Below, piece after piece: positions 1 to 10,398 of a DNA stretch of 64,000 bases (positions are counted from its first letter, which is position 1; each line of letters begins with the position of its first letter). This DNA comes from an uncultured Candidatus Saccharibacteria bacterium (GTDB taxonomy: Bacteria; Patescibacteriota; Doudnabacteria; UBA920): contig CAZHIA010000006.1 of the NCBI GenBank assembly GCA_964532425.1, positions 1,343-65,342 on the forward strand, read 5' to 3'. Under the pieces are notes generated by a model that was given only the letters and a program-made list of their open reading frames with translations, was not told the DNA's origin and ran no database searches. The position numbers and the translations under genes were made by a program.

Positions 1-113
1 GGGTCTTTGAATTCAACCGGCCCGCTTTTGCCGCAATACGGACAGTATGAATACGGCGTAGTCCCGGCCGGAGAGTCGAAATGGTTCGCACACTGCTCAC
101 ATCGGTACGTCAT
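1..113 (-). CDS. small zinc-ribbon protein (3' end outside window)
   Basis: Manual translation MTYRCEQCANHF...YCPYCGKSG has two CxxC; SD AAGGAGG upstream; not in ORF track. Confidence 0.7.
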   Translation of the reverse strand, partial: MTYRCEQCANHFDSPAGTTPYSYCPYCGKSGPVEFKD

Positions 114-166
114 TTTTGTTCCTCCTTTTCAGCATAGAATAATCCATGCTGGCATGTCTGTCAATT

Positions 167-202
167 GCAAAAACTCGGCGCCTGGTAGCGCCGAGTTTTT
201 GC
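167..202. terminator. intrinsic terminator hairpin downstream of clpC
   Basis: GCAAAAACTCGGCG-loop-CGCCGAGTTTTTGC. Confidence 0.75.
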
Positions 203-217
203 GGTATGGAAGAAGTC

Positions 218-292
218 AAATAGAAAGATAGAAAATAGAACGATTAAAAGATTGATTATGAATCTTTATATTTTTCTATTTTTTTATCTTTA
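218..292. repeat. inverted tandem-repeat element, ATAGAAAA family
   Basis: Left arm ATAGAAAG/ATAGAAAA, right arm TTTTCTAT-type; relatives at 9894-9971 and 47424-47460. Confidence 0.7.
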
Positions 293-297
293 ATAGT

Positions 298-2844
298 CTA
301 GGCCGGTACCGGTTCTTGCTGCTGCTTTTCCGGCTTTTTGAGCGTAAACACGATCTTGTCTTTTTTGACGTCAGCATGGATTACGCTGCCTTCCTTAGCT
401 GCACCGGAAATAATTTTTTCGGCGAGCGGGTCTTCTATGTAGTCCTGGATATTCTTGCGGATAAACCGCGCGCCCTGCATTGGGTCAAAGCTTTTGTCGG
501 AAATGAACTTGACCACAGCCGGGGTGACCTTAAACTGCACATTCTGGGCTAGGAGGCGCTGTTGCAGGTACGAAATTTGGAGCTGGGTAATCTTCTGTAA
601 TTCCTCAACGCCGAGCGGTTTAAAGACAATGATTTTGTCGATACGGTTCAGGAATTCAGGACGGAACTCGTGCCGGAGCGTATCCATGACGCCATCTTTG
701 ATATGTTCGTATTCATGCTCCAACTTCTCTTGCTGTACTGCTTCTTCGTCGCGCTCGGCAAATCCGATCTTCGCAGCCTGTTGGGTCAGCTCCTGCATGC
801 CGAGGTTGGAGGTCATGATGATGACTGTGTTGCGGAAATTTACCTTTTTGCCAGCAGCATCGGTCAATTGGCCGTCCTCTAATATCTGGAGGAGGATGTT
901 GAACACGTCCGGGTTGGCTTTTTCGATCTCGTCGAAAAGGATGACCGAGTACGGCTTGCGGCGTACCGCTTCAGTGAGGCGGCCGCCTTCTTCGTAACCG
1001 ACATAACCAGCCGGGGCTCCGATCAAACGTGCCACATTGTGCCGTTCCATGAATTCTGACATGTCGACGCGGATCAAAGCTTCTTCGTCTTCAAAAATTT
1101 CGGTTGCGAGCACTTTGGCTGTTTCGGTTTTGCCCACCCCGGTCGGTCCGAGGAAGATGAAAGAGCCTAATGGGCGCTTGGGGTCCGTAATGCCAGCCCT
1201 GCTTCGGCGGATGGACTTGGCAACCTCCTCAACTGCTTCATCTTGGCCGATGATCTTGCCTTTGAGGATCTTGTCCAAGTTGGAAAGCCTCGTAACTTCC
1301 GTCTTGGCCAGCTTGTGCAACGGAATCTTGGTCATCATCGAGACGGTATGGGCGATGTCTTCGGCGGTAATAACATGAGATGGCGTCTGCTTCTCTGTTT
1401 GCATGTTGCGAGACAACTCTGCTTTCTGCTTGAGCAGTTTTTCTTCTTGGCTTCTGAGGTGTAATGCGGTAGTAAAGTCCTGGTTTAACACCGCTTTGGT
1501 TTTTTCTTCTTCCAGGGCTTGGAGATCCGCTTCAATCTTTTTGGTAGCGCGGAGCAGTTTGCTGTTGGAATTGATGCTGCGCAGGAATGCCGCAGTTTCG
1601 TCGATCAGGTCCACGGCCTTATCAGGCAGATAGCGGTCTTGAATATAACGCGCGGAAAGATCTACTGCCGACTTGATCGCTTCGTCGGTAATGGTCACGT
1701 TGTGGTGCTTTTCGTAGTTAGGCCGCAGGCCGCGTAGAATCTCCACCGCTTCTTCCTTGCTCGGTTCGTCAACCAAAATAGGCTGGAACCTGCGTTCCAA
1801 GGCGGCATCTGCTTCGATATATTTTTTATATTCGGCCAAAGTGGTGGCACCAATGGCGCGCAGCTCGCCGCGGGCCAATGCGGGCTTTAAAATGTTGGCT
1901 GCATCAAGGCTGCCAGTAGTAGCGCCTGCACCAACCATGGTGTGTAACTCGTCGATGAACAGAATGGTGTTCTTGTTATCTCGCACTTCCTCGATGATCT
2001 GCTTGAGGCGATTTTCGAACTCGCCGCGGAACATACTCCCGGCGACGATAAGTGCCAGGTCCAGGCTTAAGATCTTCTTGTCGAGCAGGGAATCGGGGAC
2101 TTCGCGCTTAGTGATGGCGAGGGCAAGTCCTTCGACAATGGCAGTCTTGCCTACACCCGCCTCACCGATGAGGATGGGGTTGTTTTTGGTGCGGCGGTTC
2201 AGAATAGAGATGAGGCGTTCGATTTCGTGCTTGCGGCCGACGACCGGATCAATCAACCCGTCTTTGGCTTTCTTGGTGATATCGGTCGTAAAATACTCCA
2301 GGAGGTTGCCTTTCTTCTGCTGGAAGTTCTGCGTCGGTTGGTTTTCCGGCATGGGAGTGGCTCCTTGTTGGTCAGGCATCTCCGGGAACTTGGAGATATT
2401 CTCAAAGACGCCGAGCAAATTCTGCTCGAGTTCGTAGATATCGATGCCCAGCTTCGACAGAATGACTTTGGCTTTGTTCTGTGATCCGGCAAGAAGCCCG
2501 TACAGGAAGTGCTCGGTGCCGATGAACTGGTAGCCGTATTGACTGGCGACGATTGCGGACTTCTCGATGACCGTCTTGAGGTTTTCGGACAACACCGGCT
2601 TCCAGCTGTTGATCTTATTATTGGTGTTGACCATCACGAGTTCCTGTTTGATGATCTCGGGGGTTAATTTGGTCTTGGTCAGGATCTCTGCTGCAAAAGA
2701 GCTTTTTTCTGAAATTACCCCAAACAACAAATGTTCGGTACCAATATGGTCATGTTTTAATTCTTCGGAGACAAGTTGAGCCATGATGAGCGCATTCTTA
2801 GCCCTGCTGGACAACCGTTCCAATATGTAGCTGAAGTTTGTCAT
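298..2844 (-). CDS. clpC: ATP-dependent Clp protease ATP-binding subunit ClpC
   Basis: Clp-N repeats, Walker A motifs GEAGVGKT and GPTGVGKT, short UVR-type middle domain. Confidence 0.93.
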   Translation of the reverse strand: MTNFSYILERLSSRAKNALIMAQLVSEELKHDHIGTEHLLFGVISEKSSFAAEILTKTKLTPEIIKQELVMVNTNNKINSWKPVLSENLKTVIEKSAIVASQYGYQFIGTEHFLYGLLAGSQNKAKVILSKLGIDIYELEQNLLGVFENISKFPEMPDQQGATPMPENQPTQNFQQKKGNLLEYFTTDITKKAKDGLIDPVVGRKHEIERLISILNRRTKNNPILIGEAGVGKTAIVEGLALAITKREVPDSLLDKKILSLDLALIVAGSMFRGEFENRLKQIIEEVRDNKNTILFIDELHTMVGAGATTGSLDAANILKPALARGELRAIGATTLAEYKKYIEADAALERRFQPILVDEPSKEEAVEILRGLRPNYEKHHNVTITDEAIKSAVDLSARYIQDRYLPDKAVDLIDETAAFLRSINSNSKLLRATKKIEADLQALEEEKTKAVLNQDFTTALHLRSQEEKLLKQKAELSRNMQTEKQTPSHVITAEDIAHTVSMMTKIPLHKLAKTEVTRLSNLDKILKGKIIGQDEAVEEVAKSIRRSRAGITDPKRPLGSFIFLGPTGVGKTETAKVLATEIFEDEEALIRVDMSEFMERHNVARLIGAPAGYVGYEEGGRLTEAVRRKPYSVILFDEIEKANPDVFNILLQILEDGQLTDAAGKKVNFRNTVIIMTSNLGMQELTQQAAKIGFAERDEEAVQQEKLEHEYEHIKDGVMDTLRHEFRPEFLNRIDKIIVFKPLGVEELQKITQLQISYLQQRLLAQNVQFKVTPAVVKFISDKSFDPMQGARFIRKNIQDYIEDPLAEKIISGAAKEGSVIHADVKKDKIVFTLKKPEKQQQEPVPA

Positions 2845-3098
2845 ACACGTCCTTTCAATTAAATAAAGATAGCAGCCAGGTTCATCTATTCAATTCCGTA
2901 TCTGCTACTACTTTGACTTCTAAAACTTTAGTTTCTTAAACCGGGAATGCACCTTTGATGATATAATTATATCACACGAGAATTCCGCACTAATAAAGCC
3001 GGAAGAATGAATGGTGCGGCCGACTGTTCGCCCGAGTGTGGCCAAAGCCGCTGCACAGCGAACCGCTCTTATGCAGGAGTATTAATAGTATACCATAA

Positions 3099-3125
3099 TT
3101 AGCACTCGTGTCAACAGACTGCTAA
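3099..3125. promoter_or_regulatory. CIRCE (HrcA operator) overlapping a minus-strand sigma70 promoter for clpC
   Basis: TTAGCACTC-N9-GACTGCTAA, one mismatch to consensus; minus strand TTGACA-16-TATACT. Confidence 0.85.
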
Positions 3126-3257
3126 TAGTAATCTCTAATATAACGAATATAACGAATACAGCGCAAAATATGCGAATGCTATTGGCCGCTCAATAAACCA
3201 AGGGCGGAGTGCAGTATTTGTATATTTGTGCTTGATTCGTATATTAGAGATTACTAT
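3125..3257. repeat. inverted tandem-repeat element (CGAATA family) with 18-bp perfect terminal IR
   Basis: ATAGTAATCTCTAATATA...TATATTAGAGATTACTAT; second copy at 57073-57194. Confidence 0.85.
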
Positions 3258-3280
3258 ATTAAGATTACGCTTTATCATAT

Positions 3281-3808
3281 ATGAGATCCCGTTGGAAACC
3301 CGCCCAAAAAACTAAGGAACCTGATAACGTAGAGAAGGCATATGATTATGCCGTGTTTTTGTTGTCGCTGCGATTAAGGACTATTGGCGAAGTGCTTTCG
3401 AAAATGCAGAAGCGTGGGTATACCGAATCGGTCATTGGGCAGGTAATAGAGCGCCTGAAGGACCAGCGATATCTGGATGACCGGAGGTATGCGGAAATTT
3501 TCTTGGAGAATCTGAAAGCGTACAAGAATTTCGGATATTATGGTATCAAAAAAAAATTCATGGAGAAGAAGCTTCCGCCTGCTTTAATCGAGACGGTACT
3601 GGAAGAAGGTCTGTCGTTTGAAGACGAAAGAAAAATTGCCGAACGTCTGTTGCGACGCGAAGGATACGCTGCTCCCAAGTCCGTGGATGATTCGGAAATA
3701 CACTACCGGACCTTTGACGAGAATGCCGGAAAGGAAAAACAAAAATTGGCCCAGCGGCTAAAAGCACGGGGCTTCCGGGGCGAGGTTATAAGCAGGTTAA
3801 TTTTTTAG
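3281..3808 (+). CDS. recX: regulatory protein RecX
   Basis: LLSLRLRTIGEV, YLDDRRYA and LKARGF three-helix repeats. Confidence 0.85.
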   Translation: MRSRWKPAQKTKEPDNVEKAYDYAVFLLSLRLRTIGEVLSKMQKRGYTESVIGQVIERLKDQRYLDDRRYAEIFLENLKAYKNFGYYGIKKKFMEKKLPPALIETVLEEGLSFEDERKIAERLLRREGYAAPKSVDDSEIHYRTFDENAGKEKQKLAQRLKARGFRGEVISRLIF

Positions 3809-3824
3809 TATACGATCGAAATGG

Positions 3825-3853
3825 AAGCCGCCCGCAGATTGCGAGCGGCTTTT
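3825..3853. terminator. terminator hairpin between convergent genes
   Basis: AAGCCGCCCGCA-GAT-TGCGAGCGGCTTTT. Confidence 0.7.
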
Positions 3854-3859
3854 CGTGAG

Positions 3860-4567
3860 CTACAAGTAAAGAATCTCGTTGTACCGAATCAGCTTCATTT
3901 GACCGAGTGACCGGTCAAACCGGTATTCGGCCACGGAACAATTGGCCGGATTGTTCGAACCCATGCAGTCGAGCATCTGCCGTTCGCCCCAGTTCTCGAG
4001 CTCGGCCAGAATGCTGATGCGCGAACCCCAATGGTCGATGGCTAGGACCTTTTTGTTACTCCAGTTAGTTCGGAGTTTTTGCAACCATTTCGCACATCGC
4101 TTGCGGACATCGAGCAAATTTTCTTTTCCTCTCGGGGCGATAAGGACTTCTCCCAGAATGGCGTACCCAGTCTCGAATTCGGGGTAGAGTAGTCCCACCT
4201 CATGGTCCAGCAGCAGGGGGAGCATGCCCCAATCGCGCTCGTCCAATAATTCCGTGGTGAGTACCGGAATCTTGCGACGCTGGTCTTCCGGGTACGTAGA
4301 GAGAATTACCTCGAGCGTCTTTCGGTTTCTGAGGCAGGTCGATTGATAAGCGCAGTCGAACGTCCCGTACTCGGTCCTGATCTTTTCCCCGGTTTTTTTG
4401 GCCTGCAGCCAGCCTTCATCGCAGAGAGGTATGTCGCGATCAGCCATGCCAGACAGCGGTGCGCGCTTTTTTTCATCCGAAAAGAATAAACCTTCCTTAT
4501 AGAGCTGGATCAGGGATTTTCCGTGGCGTACCAGTACCAAAAGCTCCGGCCAGCCTGTAGCGGTCAT
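3860..4567 (-). CDS. histidine phosphatase family protein
   Basis: LVLVRHG motif, LDERDWG, second His; start placed at AGGAGGA SD. Confidence 0.85.
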   Translation of the reverse strand: MTATGWPELLVLVRHGKSLIQLYKEGLFFSDEKKRAPLSGMADRDIPLCDEGWLQAKKTGEKIRTEYGTFDCAYQSTCLRNRKTLEVILSTYPEDQRRKIPVLTTELLDERDWGMLPLLLDHEVGLLYPEFETGYAILGEVLIAPRGKENLLDVRKRCAKWLQKLRTNWSNKKVLAIDHWGSRISILAELENWGERQMLDCMGSNNPANCSVAEYRFDRSLGQMKLIRYNEILYL

Positions 4568-4628
4568 ATATCCTCCTGTTCCCATGACCAGACCGCGGAG
4601 GAGACGAAGTCTTACAAAAAAACGGCTG

Positions 4629-4958
4629 TTACGCCGCTTTTTTCAAGGTATCTGTATTCTCTTGCTCATCGTTCAAAGGTGGAACTTCCGCCGGAGGCAT
4701 GGTTTTGAGTTTTCCAGGTATCTGCATGCCAAGTTTTTGGCGGTACACATCAGCCATTTTTTTGAGCGTTCCCAATTCACGGTCCACTTTTGCCAGTTCT
4801 TTCAAACTGTCGGGTGTGGCAGACTCGAGGAGATCCTTTCGCACGGTTTCGTAGTATTGGATATCTTTCAAGGTATCCTCGAGTTTGATTTTCGGATGGA
4901 TTTCCAGACCGGTTCCATACTCCGGCCTGCCGAATGCGGCAGGATTGGTTTCGTCCAT
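4629..4958 (-). CDS. hypothetical protein
   Basis: 109-aa ORF tightly packed in a minus-strand run. Confidence 0.6.
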   Translation of the reverse strand: MDETNPAAFGRPEYGTGLEIHPKIKLEDTLKDIQYYETVRKDLLESATPDSLKELAKVDRELGTLKKMADVYRQKLGMQIPGKLKTMPPAEVPPLNDEQENTDTLKKAA

Positions 4959-4968
4959 AATATTATTT

Positions 4969-5547
4969 TTATGAATTCAAGCGATTCTCCGACCAGAGAG
5001 CCAGCCAGATAATTGCGATCATGACTAGGAATCCGATGAACAGCATGAGTGCGAACCGCTGGCCGGAAAATTCTTTATATTTTTCCTGGGATGGATCTTG
5101 CGGTGCGGCCTCTGAAAATCGCGAGTTGAGTTTGCGGATGTTCGCGATGAACACTTCTTCATTCCTTACTGTAAAAGGGATCTCCAAAAGCTCGCCGTTC
5201 TTTTCGAGTACAATGACCCGTTCACCGTTTTGCAGCACCGTGTGGTGGTAGCCGGTCAGTTCCCGGGCATCAACTTCCCAGGAATGCGACTGTTGCTTAA
5301 AGCGCAAGCGGGTATCTTCCAGTACGAGGGTGGGGAGGGCGCCGCTGACGACCACTCTGGCCATGCGTACCAACAATGCCAGCACCGGCAGGGAGAGGAG
5401 CTTGGCCCACAAAAAGCGCGGATCCGTGATAGCCACGACAAAAAGCAAGGGCACGCCAATAACCGCAAAACCGGTAAACATGAGCTCTATAGCTCGGGGG
5501 ATAACGTTGAGTTTAAATTTTATGGTTTCTGTTTGAGCTGCCATCAT
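4969..5547 (-). CDS. hypothetical membrane protein
   Basis: Two N-terminal and one C-terminal TM segments around a beta-rich domain. Confidence 0.65.
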   Translation of the reverse strand: MMAAQTETIKFKLNVIPRAIELMFTGFAVIGVPLLFVVAITDPRFLWAKLLSLPVLALLVRMARVVVSGALPTLVLEDTRLRFKQQSHSWEVDARELTGYHHTVLQNGERVIVLEKNGELLEIPFTVRNEEVFIANIRKLNSRFSEAAPQDPSQEKYKEFSGQRFALMLFIGFLVMIAIIWLALWSENRLNS

Positions 5548-5590
5548 TTGTATGGAGATACGGGTTTAAAACCTGCCCGTGCAATCATGA

Positions 5591-6541
5591 TTACAAATTC
5601 ATCTCCCGCAATTTTTTGATCCGGTCGGCAATGGGAGGATGGGTGTTGAATAGCGAGGAGAACCAACCTCCGCCGCTTTCAGCGGAGGTTGCCCCGGGCA
5701 CCGACCCGGGGCCCATGTTTCCGTCTTGATGAAATGGATTGACGATATAGAGGTGGGCGGTGGCGTTGTTAGCGGCCTCAAGGGGTTCGCGGTCACCTGA
5801 GATTTTTTCCAGAGCACGGGCTAAGCCTTCGGGGTAGCGGGTAAGAAGCGCACCGGAAGCGTCAGCAAGGTATTCGCGCTGCCGCGAGACAGCCAGCTTA
5901 ATGAGCGTGGCGATCAGCGGGGACAGGATAGCCAGGGCGATGCCGATGACTGCCAGGATCAAGCCGAGATTACCGCCTTCACGATCACTGTTCCTGCGCC
6001 GGCCGCCGAACATGGACGCGCGCAAAAACCAGTTACCGAGCAGGGTAATGATCCCGACCAACACCACAACGAGTGTCATAACGCGGATATCGTAGTTGCC
6101 GATATGCGAGAGTTCATGCGCGGTGACGCCTTCCAGTTCCGTTTTATCCAAACGGGCCAGGATGCCTGTTGTATAGCAGATGACCGCATGCTTGGGGTCG
6201 CGTCCAGTGGCAAAAGCATTCATGGCGGTGTCATCAATCACATATATTTTCGGTGTAGGGATGCCCGCGGTTATGCAAAGATTTTCCACTATATTATAGA
6301 GCGCGCGGTTACTCTCCCGATCCGCCTCCCGAGCGCCGGATATGGCCAGGGTGATAGAGTCGGAAAAATAGTATGAGAATAGGGAAGAGAATAGCGAAAA
6401 CCCCACTGCCAAATAAAGAATGGCGGAGTTGTTATACACGCGAGCGAAGATGTACCCAAGCAGGGCAATGATGACCAGAAAGCTGAATATCAAAATCCAG
6501 CTCTCGCGCTTATTTTTGGCAATGAGATCGTAGGTAAGCAT
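5591..6541 (-). CDS. htpX: zinc metalloprotease HtpX (M48)
   Basis: NAFATG, HELSH, SRQREYLAD, THPP; next to lemA; start trimmed to MLTYD. Confidence 0.93.
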   Translation of the reverse strand: MLTYDLIAKNKRESWILIFSFLVIIALLGYIFARVYNNSAILYLAVGFSLFSSLFSYYFSDSITLAISGAREADRESNRALYNIVENLCITAGIPTPKIYVIDDTAMNAFATGRDPKHAVICYTTGILARLDKTELEGVTAHELSHIGNYDIRVMTLVVVLVGIITLLGNWFLRASMFGGRRRNSDREGGNLGLILAVIGIALAILSPLIATLIKLAVSRQREYLADASGALLTRYPEGLARALEKISGDREPLEAANNATAHLYIVNPFHQDGNMGPGSVPGATSAESGGGWFSSLFNTHPPIADRIKKLREMNL

Positions 6542-6547
6542 AAGCAG

Positions 6548-6638
6548 AACATTTGACCATTGACATGTGACATTTAACAGTAGGGCAGGCCCTTGGACTG
6601 CTTCCTTGTCAAATGTCAAAGGTTACATGTCAAATGTT
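6548..6638. repeat. inverted tandem heptamer element, ACATTTG/TGACATG family
   Basis: Heptamer arms around a unique spacer; copies at 30584, 35419, 39030, 49279. Confidence 0.85.
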
Positions 6639-7185
6639 AAAACTGGACTTTGACCGGTTGGCCTTCCGGACCCTTTTCGTCGATATCGAAGAACTCGCGT
6701 TTAGCGAAGCCGAAGATGGAGGCAAAAATATTTCCTGGGAATTTTTGGATGGCGGTATTGAAATCGCGGACTGTACCGTTGTAGAAGCGCCTCGAAGCCT
6801 GGATCTTGTCCTCGGTATCGGTAATGTCGCCCTGCAGTTGCATAAAGTTCTGGTTGGCCTTGAGTTCCGGATAGGCTTCGGCTACGGCAAACAAGCTCTT
6901 TAAGGCTCCGCTGAGCTGGTTCTCATCCTTAAGTTTTTCACCGAGAGAGCCGGCGCTCATGGCCGCGGCCCTGGCCTGCGTGACTTGCTCGAACACGCCG
7001 GATTCATGCTTGGCATAACCCTTGACCGTTTCGACGAGATTGGGGATGAGGTCATACCGGCGCTTTAATTGCACCTCGATATCGCTCCAAGCCTCGTCCA
7101 CGCGGTTGCGCTGCGTAATGAGCGAGTTGTAGAGCATAATCAGCACGGCTACGATCGCTAAAATAATGAGAATAGCTATCCACAT
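6637..7185 (-). CDS. lemA: LemA family protein
   Basis: [39 protein letters not shown]. Confidence 0.95.
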   Translation of the reverse strand: MWIAILIILAIVAVLIMLYNSLITQRNRVDEAWSDIEVQLKRRYDLIPNLVETVKGYAKHESGVFEQVTQARAAAMSAGSLGEKLKDENQLSGALKSLFAVAEAYPELKANQNFMQLQGDITDTEDKIQASRRFYNGTVRDFNTAIQKFPGNIFASIFGFAKREFFDIDEKGPEGQPVKVQF

Positions 7186-7458
7186 AGGTGTTTGTGATTT
7201 CCCTTAATATTACAACAAACTGCCTTTATTATAACACTATTTAACCTGAATCAAATAACCTCGGTTCTTACCTCTGTGTAGTTTGCCCATTTATGGGTAT
7301 GGTAAGCCTTGGCCGATAAATCGGCGCACTGCACGGGAGCCAGAAATTGATTAATGAATTGGAGTTGTTTGATTCAGGTCTGTAAATTCGCAAAATGTGT
7401 TAAAATATGGTACAATTTTGTTGAAAAGTTTAAAGTTCTAACTGAGGAAACAAAAACA

Positions 7459-7539
7459 TCCACGAATCACAAATGAACACAAATACTGCACATACCCGCA
7501 GCTAATTTGGGAGCATTTGCGCGATTCGTGATTTGTGGA
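7459..7539. repeat. inverted tandem-repeat element (CACGAAT/CACAAAT)
   Basis: TCCACGAATCACAAAT...ATTCGTGATTTGTGGA directly before the secA start. Confidence 0.75.
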
Positions 7540-7541
7540 CA

Positions 7542-9899
7542 ATGTCATTCATCGACCAACTCAAGCAGGACGTAAACCGGTATTTGGACCGCGTGCAGGT
7601 AAAGAAACTTGCGCACACGGTGGCTTTAATAGCGCGCGAGCGGGAGGACTTGAAGACCTGGACCGATAAGGAATTACAGCTTTCCACGATTGCGCTCAAA
7701 GAAGATATCGGCAAAGGCAGGCCGCTCGATGAACTGATTATTCCGGCCTTTGCCGTGGTGAATGAGGCGGCGCGGCGGTTGCTGCATAAGTATCCGTATG
7801 ATGTGCAAATTTTGGCCGGACTAGTCATTCATTCGGGCAAGGTTGCGGAAATGAAGGCTGGTGAGGGAAAGACGTTGACCGAGACCATGCCGGTATATTT
7901 AAACGCGCTTGAGGGCCGCGGGGTGCATGTCATTACGACCAATGATTACCTGGCAGAACGCGATGCCAAAGAAATGGGGCAATTGTATAAATTCCTCGGC
8001 CTCTCCAGCGGGTATGTAACCTCGGAAATGAAAAATGATGAGCGCCGGAAGGCATATGCCGCAGACATCACCTATGTGACCAACCAGGAAGTTGGTTTTG
8101 ACTTTTTGCGCGACAATCTCGTTTACAGCCGCAAGGAACGGGTGCTGCGGCCAAAAGACCCGCTCTATTTTGGTATTGTCGACGAAATAGACAGCATACT
8201 AATTGATGAATCGCGTACGCCGCTCATTATTGCCGAACCGGTTGCGGAAGAACGGCAGTTCTACAATTTATTTACCAAGATCGCCAACAAGCTGGAAGAG
8301 GAGAAGGATTATACGGTCGACTACAAGAATAAGACTTTGGCCCTGACGAATGACGGTTTGGACGAGGTTGAACGCATGCTTGGGACGCCCATGTTCTCCA
8401 AAGAGAATCCAATGTATGTCTTTTATTTGGACGTCTGCCTGAAAGCCAGAGTGTTGTTTGAGAAGGATCGTGATTACATCGTAACCAAAGACGGTGTTGA
8501 GATTGTAGACGAGTTCACTGGCCGCGTGCTTCCCGGGCGGCGGTTTACAGATGGCGTGCACCAGGCTATTGAAGCCAAGGAAAAAGTCAAAGTTAAGGAG
8601 GCGGATCGCACGCAGGCTGCCATTACGTTCCAGAATTTTTTCCCCATGTATAAAAAATTGTCCGGCATGAGCGGGACGGTCATGGGTGCGCGCGATGAGT
8701 TCAGCCAGGTATACAAACTGGAAGTCGTACAAATTCCGACCAACCGGCCCATGGCTCGTAATGATCATAATGACCTGTTCTTTAAGACCAAGAAGGGTAA
8801 GTTTTTAGGCTTAATAAAAAAAGTTCGGCAAATTCAAGGCCGTGGCCAGCCATTGCTTATTGGCGCGCGCAACGTAGAGACTGCTCACGAAGTTGCCCGC
8901 CTGCTCGACGGACAGAATTTGCCATACCAATTGCTGACCGCCCAGGATAACCGCGCTGAAGCCCAAAAGATCATACAGGCCGGGCAGGAAAATATGATTA
9001 CCATCGCTACTAACATGGCCGGTCGCGGAACTGATATTGTCCTCGGGGAAGGCGTGCCGCAGCGCGGCGGCTTGTTTGTGTTCGGGACGGAACGCCACGA
9101 ATCGCGCCGTATCGATGACCAGCTGGTTGGCCGGGCAGGCAGGCAGGGGGATCCGGGTGAATCTCAATTCCTGATTTCCATGGAAGATGAGATTATGCAG
9201 CTGTTCGGCAGCGAGCGCATTATCGATACCATGGAGCAGTACGATATTCCCGAGGATGAGTATATCTCCGGTCCATCGCTTGACCGGGCGTTTCGCAAGG
9301 CGCAGGAATTCGTAGAGAGCAAAAATTACGATAGCCGGGTCTACCTTTATAAATACGACCGGGTGGTCAATTATCAGCGTTCCCAGCTCTATCATTTGCG
9401 CGAGCGGCTACTGGAAAACGAACCGGAGTTCACAGAGTTCACCAGGCAGGCGATCCGCAATTCGGTCGCTACAGCATTCATGCTGGGTGATCCGGAGGCG
9501 ATTTGCAAGGAGTTGCAGGACGTGTTCTATATCGACATTGATCCCAAGGAAATTAAGCAGGCCCTGCTTGGCGGTGATGCCAAAAGCCAGCAGCAGCTGG
9601 AAGAAAAATTCACTAATTTCCTGACCCAGGCGGCTGGAAAGCTTAAGGGTATACCCGAGGTTCACGCCGCGAGCCAGCAGCTTGTTTTGGAAGTTATTGA
9701 CTCGAACTGGAGCACGCATTTGGAACTTATGGATGTGCTCAAAGAAGAGGCAAACCTGTTTTCCTACGCTTCCGAGGATCCGCTGATAGATTTCATCAAG
9801 GACAGTACGACCCTCTATCAGCACATGTGTGATACGATCAGCAGGCAGTTCCTGAAATATCTTTTCCTGCACATTACGCAGGTGGGGCTGCTTAAATAG
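7542..9899 (+). CDS. secA: preprotein translocase SecA (compact form)
   Basis: AEMKAGEGKT, DEIDSILIDESRTPLII, TNMAGRGTDI, HESRRIDDQLVGRAGRQGDPG. Confidence 0.92.
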   Translation: MSFIDQLKQDVNRYLDRVQVKKLAHTVALIAREREDLKTWTDKELQLSTIALKEDIGKGRPLDELIIPAFAVVNEAARRLLHKYPYDVQILAGLVIHSGKVAEMKAGEGKTLTETMPVYLNALEGRGVHVITTNDYLAERDAKEMGQLYKFLGLSSGYVTSEMKNDERRKAYAADITYVTNQEVGFDFLRDNLVYSRKERVLRPKDPLYFGIVDEIDSILIDESRTPLIIAEPVAEERQFYNLFTKIANKLEEEKDYTVDYKNKTLALTNDGLDEVERMLGTPMFSKENPMYVFYLDVCLKARVLFEKDRDYIVTKDGVEIVDEFTGRVLPGRRFTDGVHQAIEAKEKVKVKEADRTQAAITFQNFFPMYKKLSGMSGTVMGARDEFSQVYKLEVVQIPTNRPMARNDHNDLFFKTKKGKFLGLIKKVRQIQGRGQPLLIGARNVETAHEVARLLDGQNLPYQLLTAQDNRAEAQKIIQAGQENMITIATNMAGRGTDIVLGEGVPQRGGLFVFGTERHESRRIDDQLVGRAGRQGDPGESQFLISMEDEIMQLFGSERIIDTMEQYDIPEDEYISGPSLDRAFRKAQEFVESKNYDSRVYLYKYDRVVNYQRSQLYHLRERLLENEPEFTEFTRQAIRNSVATAFMLGDPEAICKELQDVFYIDIDPKEIKQALLGGDAKSQQQLEEKFTNFLTQAAGKLKGIPEVHAASQQLVLEVIDSNWSTHLELMDVLKEEANLFSYASEDPLIDFIKDSTTLYQHMCDTISRQFLKYLFLHITQVGLLK

Positions 9900-9971
9900 A
9901 AAATAGAAAAATTAGGTGATCAGAGGAGGTTCCCAAAATCTTTTTATTTTTCTATTTTTCTATATTTTTAT
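9894..9971. repeat. inverted tandem-repeat element, ATAGAAAA family
   Basis: AATAGAAAATAGAAAA...TTTTTCTATTTTTCTAT. Confidence 0.7.
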
Positions 9972-10023
9972 TGTATTTGCCTTGGTCTTTGAAAGAATCC
10001 CGTAATTTGCTATACTATCCCAT

Positions 10024-10305
10024 ATGCTTACTATCGAAGAAGTCAAGAAAATAGCGGTGTTGGCCCGGATCCAGGTCACGGACGAAGAAACGGAGAAGTT
10101 TCAAAAGGAACTCTCTGCCATTTTGGATTATGTAGAGGAACTCAAAGCCGTGGATGTTGAAGGATTGGAAGAAGTCTCCCAGGTAACTGGCTTGGTCAAT
10201 GTCCAGCGCGAAGACCGTGTGGTCGAAGCAGAGAACAAGGAAGAGATTCTGTCCCAAGCTCCAGAGATCAAAGACGGGTTTTATAAAGTAAAGGCAATAC
10301 TTTAA
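10024..10305 (+). CDS. gatC: Asp/Glu-tRNA amidotransferase subunit C
   Basis: EEVKKIAVLARI, REDRV; gatCAB order. Confidence 0.93.
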   Translation: MLTIEEVKKIAVLARIQVTDEETEKFQKELSAILDYVEELKAVDVEGLEEVSQVTGLVNVQREDRVVEAENKEEILSQAPEIKDGFYKVKAIL

Positions 10306-10306
10306 A

Positions 10307-10398
10307 AGCTTTCAGCTGTCAGCTTACAGCGTATAGGTAAATCAGATTTATATTGTGAACTGGTATTCCTATAAGCTGACTGCTATAAGCTAGAAGCT
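10307..10398. repeat. inverted tandem heptamer element, AGCT family
   Basis: AGCTTTC-AGCTGTC-AGCTTAC...TAAGCTGACTGCTATAAGCT; copies at 55869 and 56882. Confidence 0.85.
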
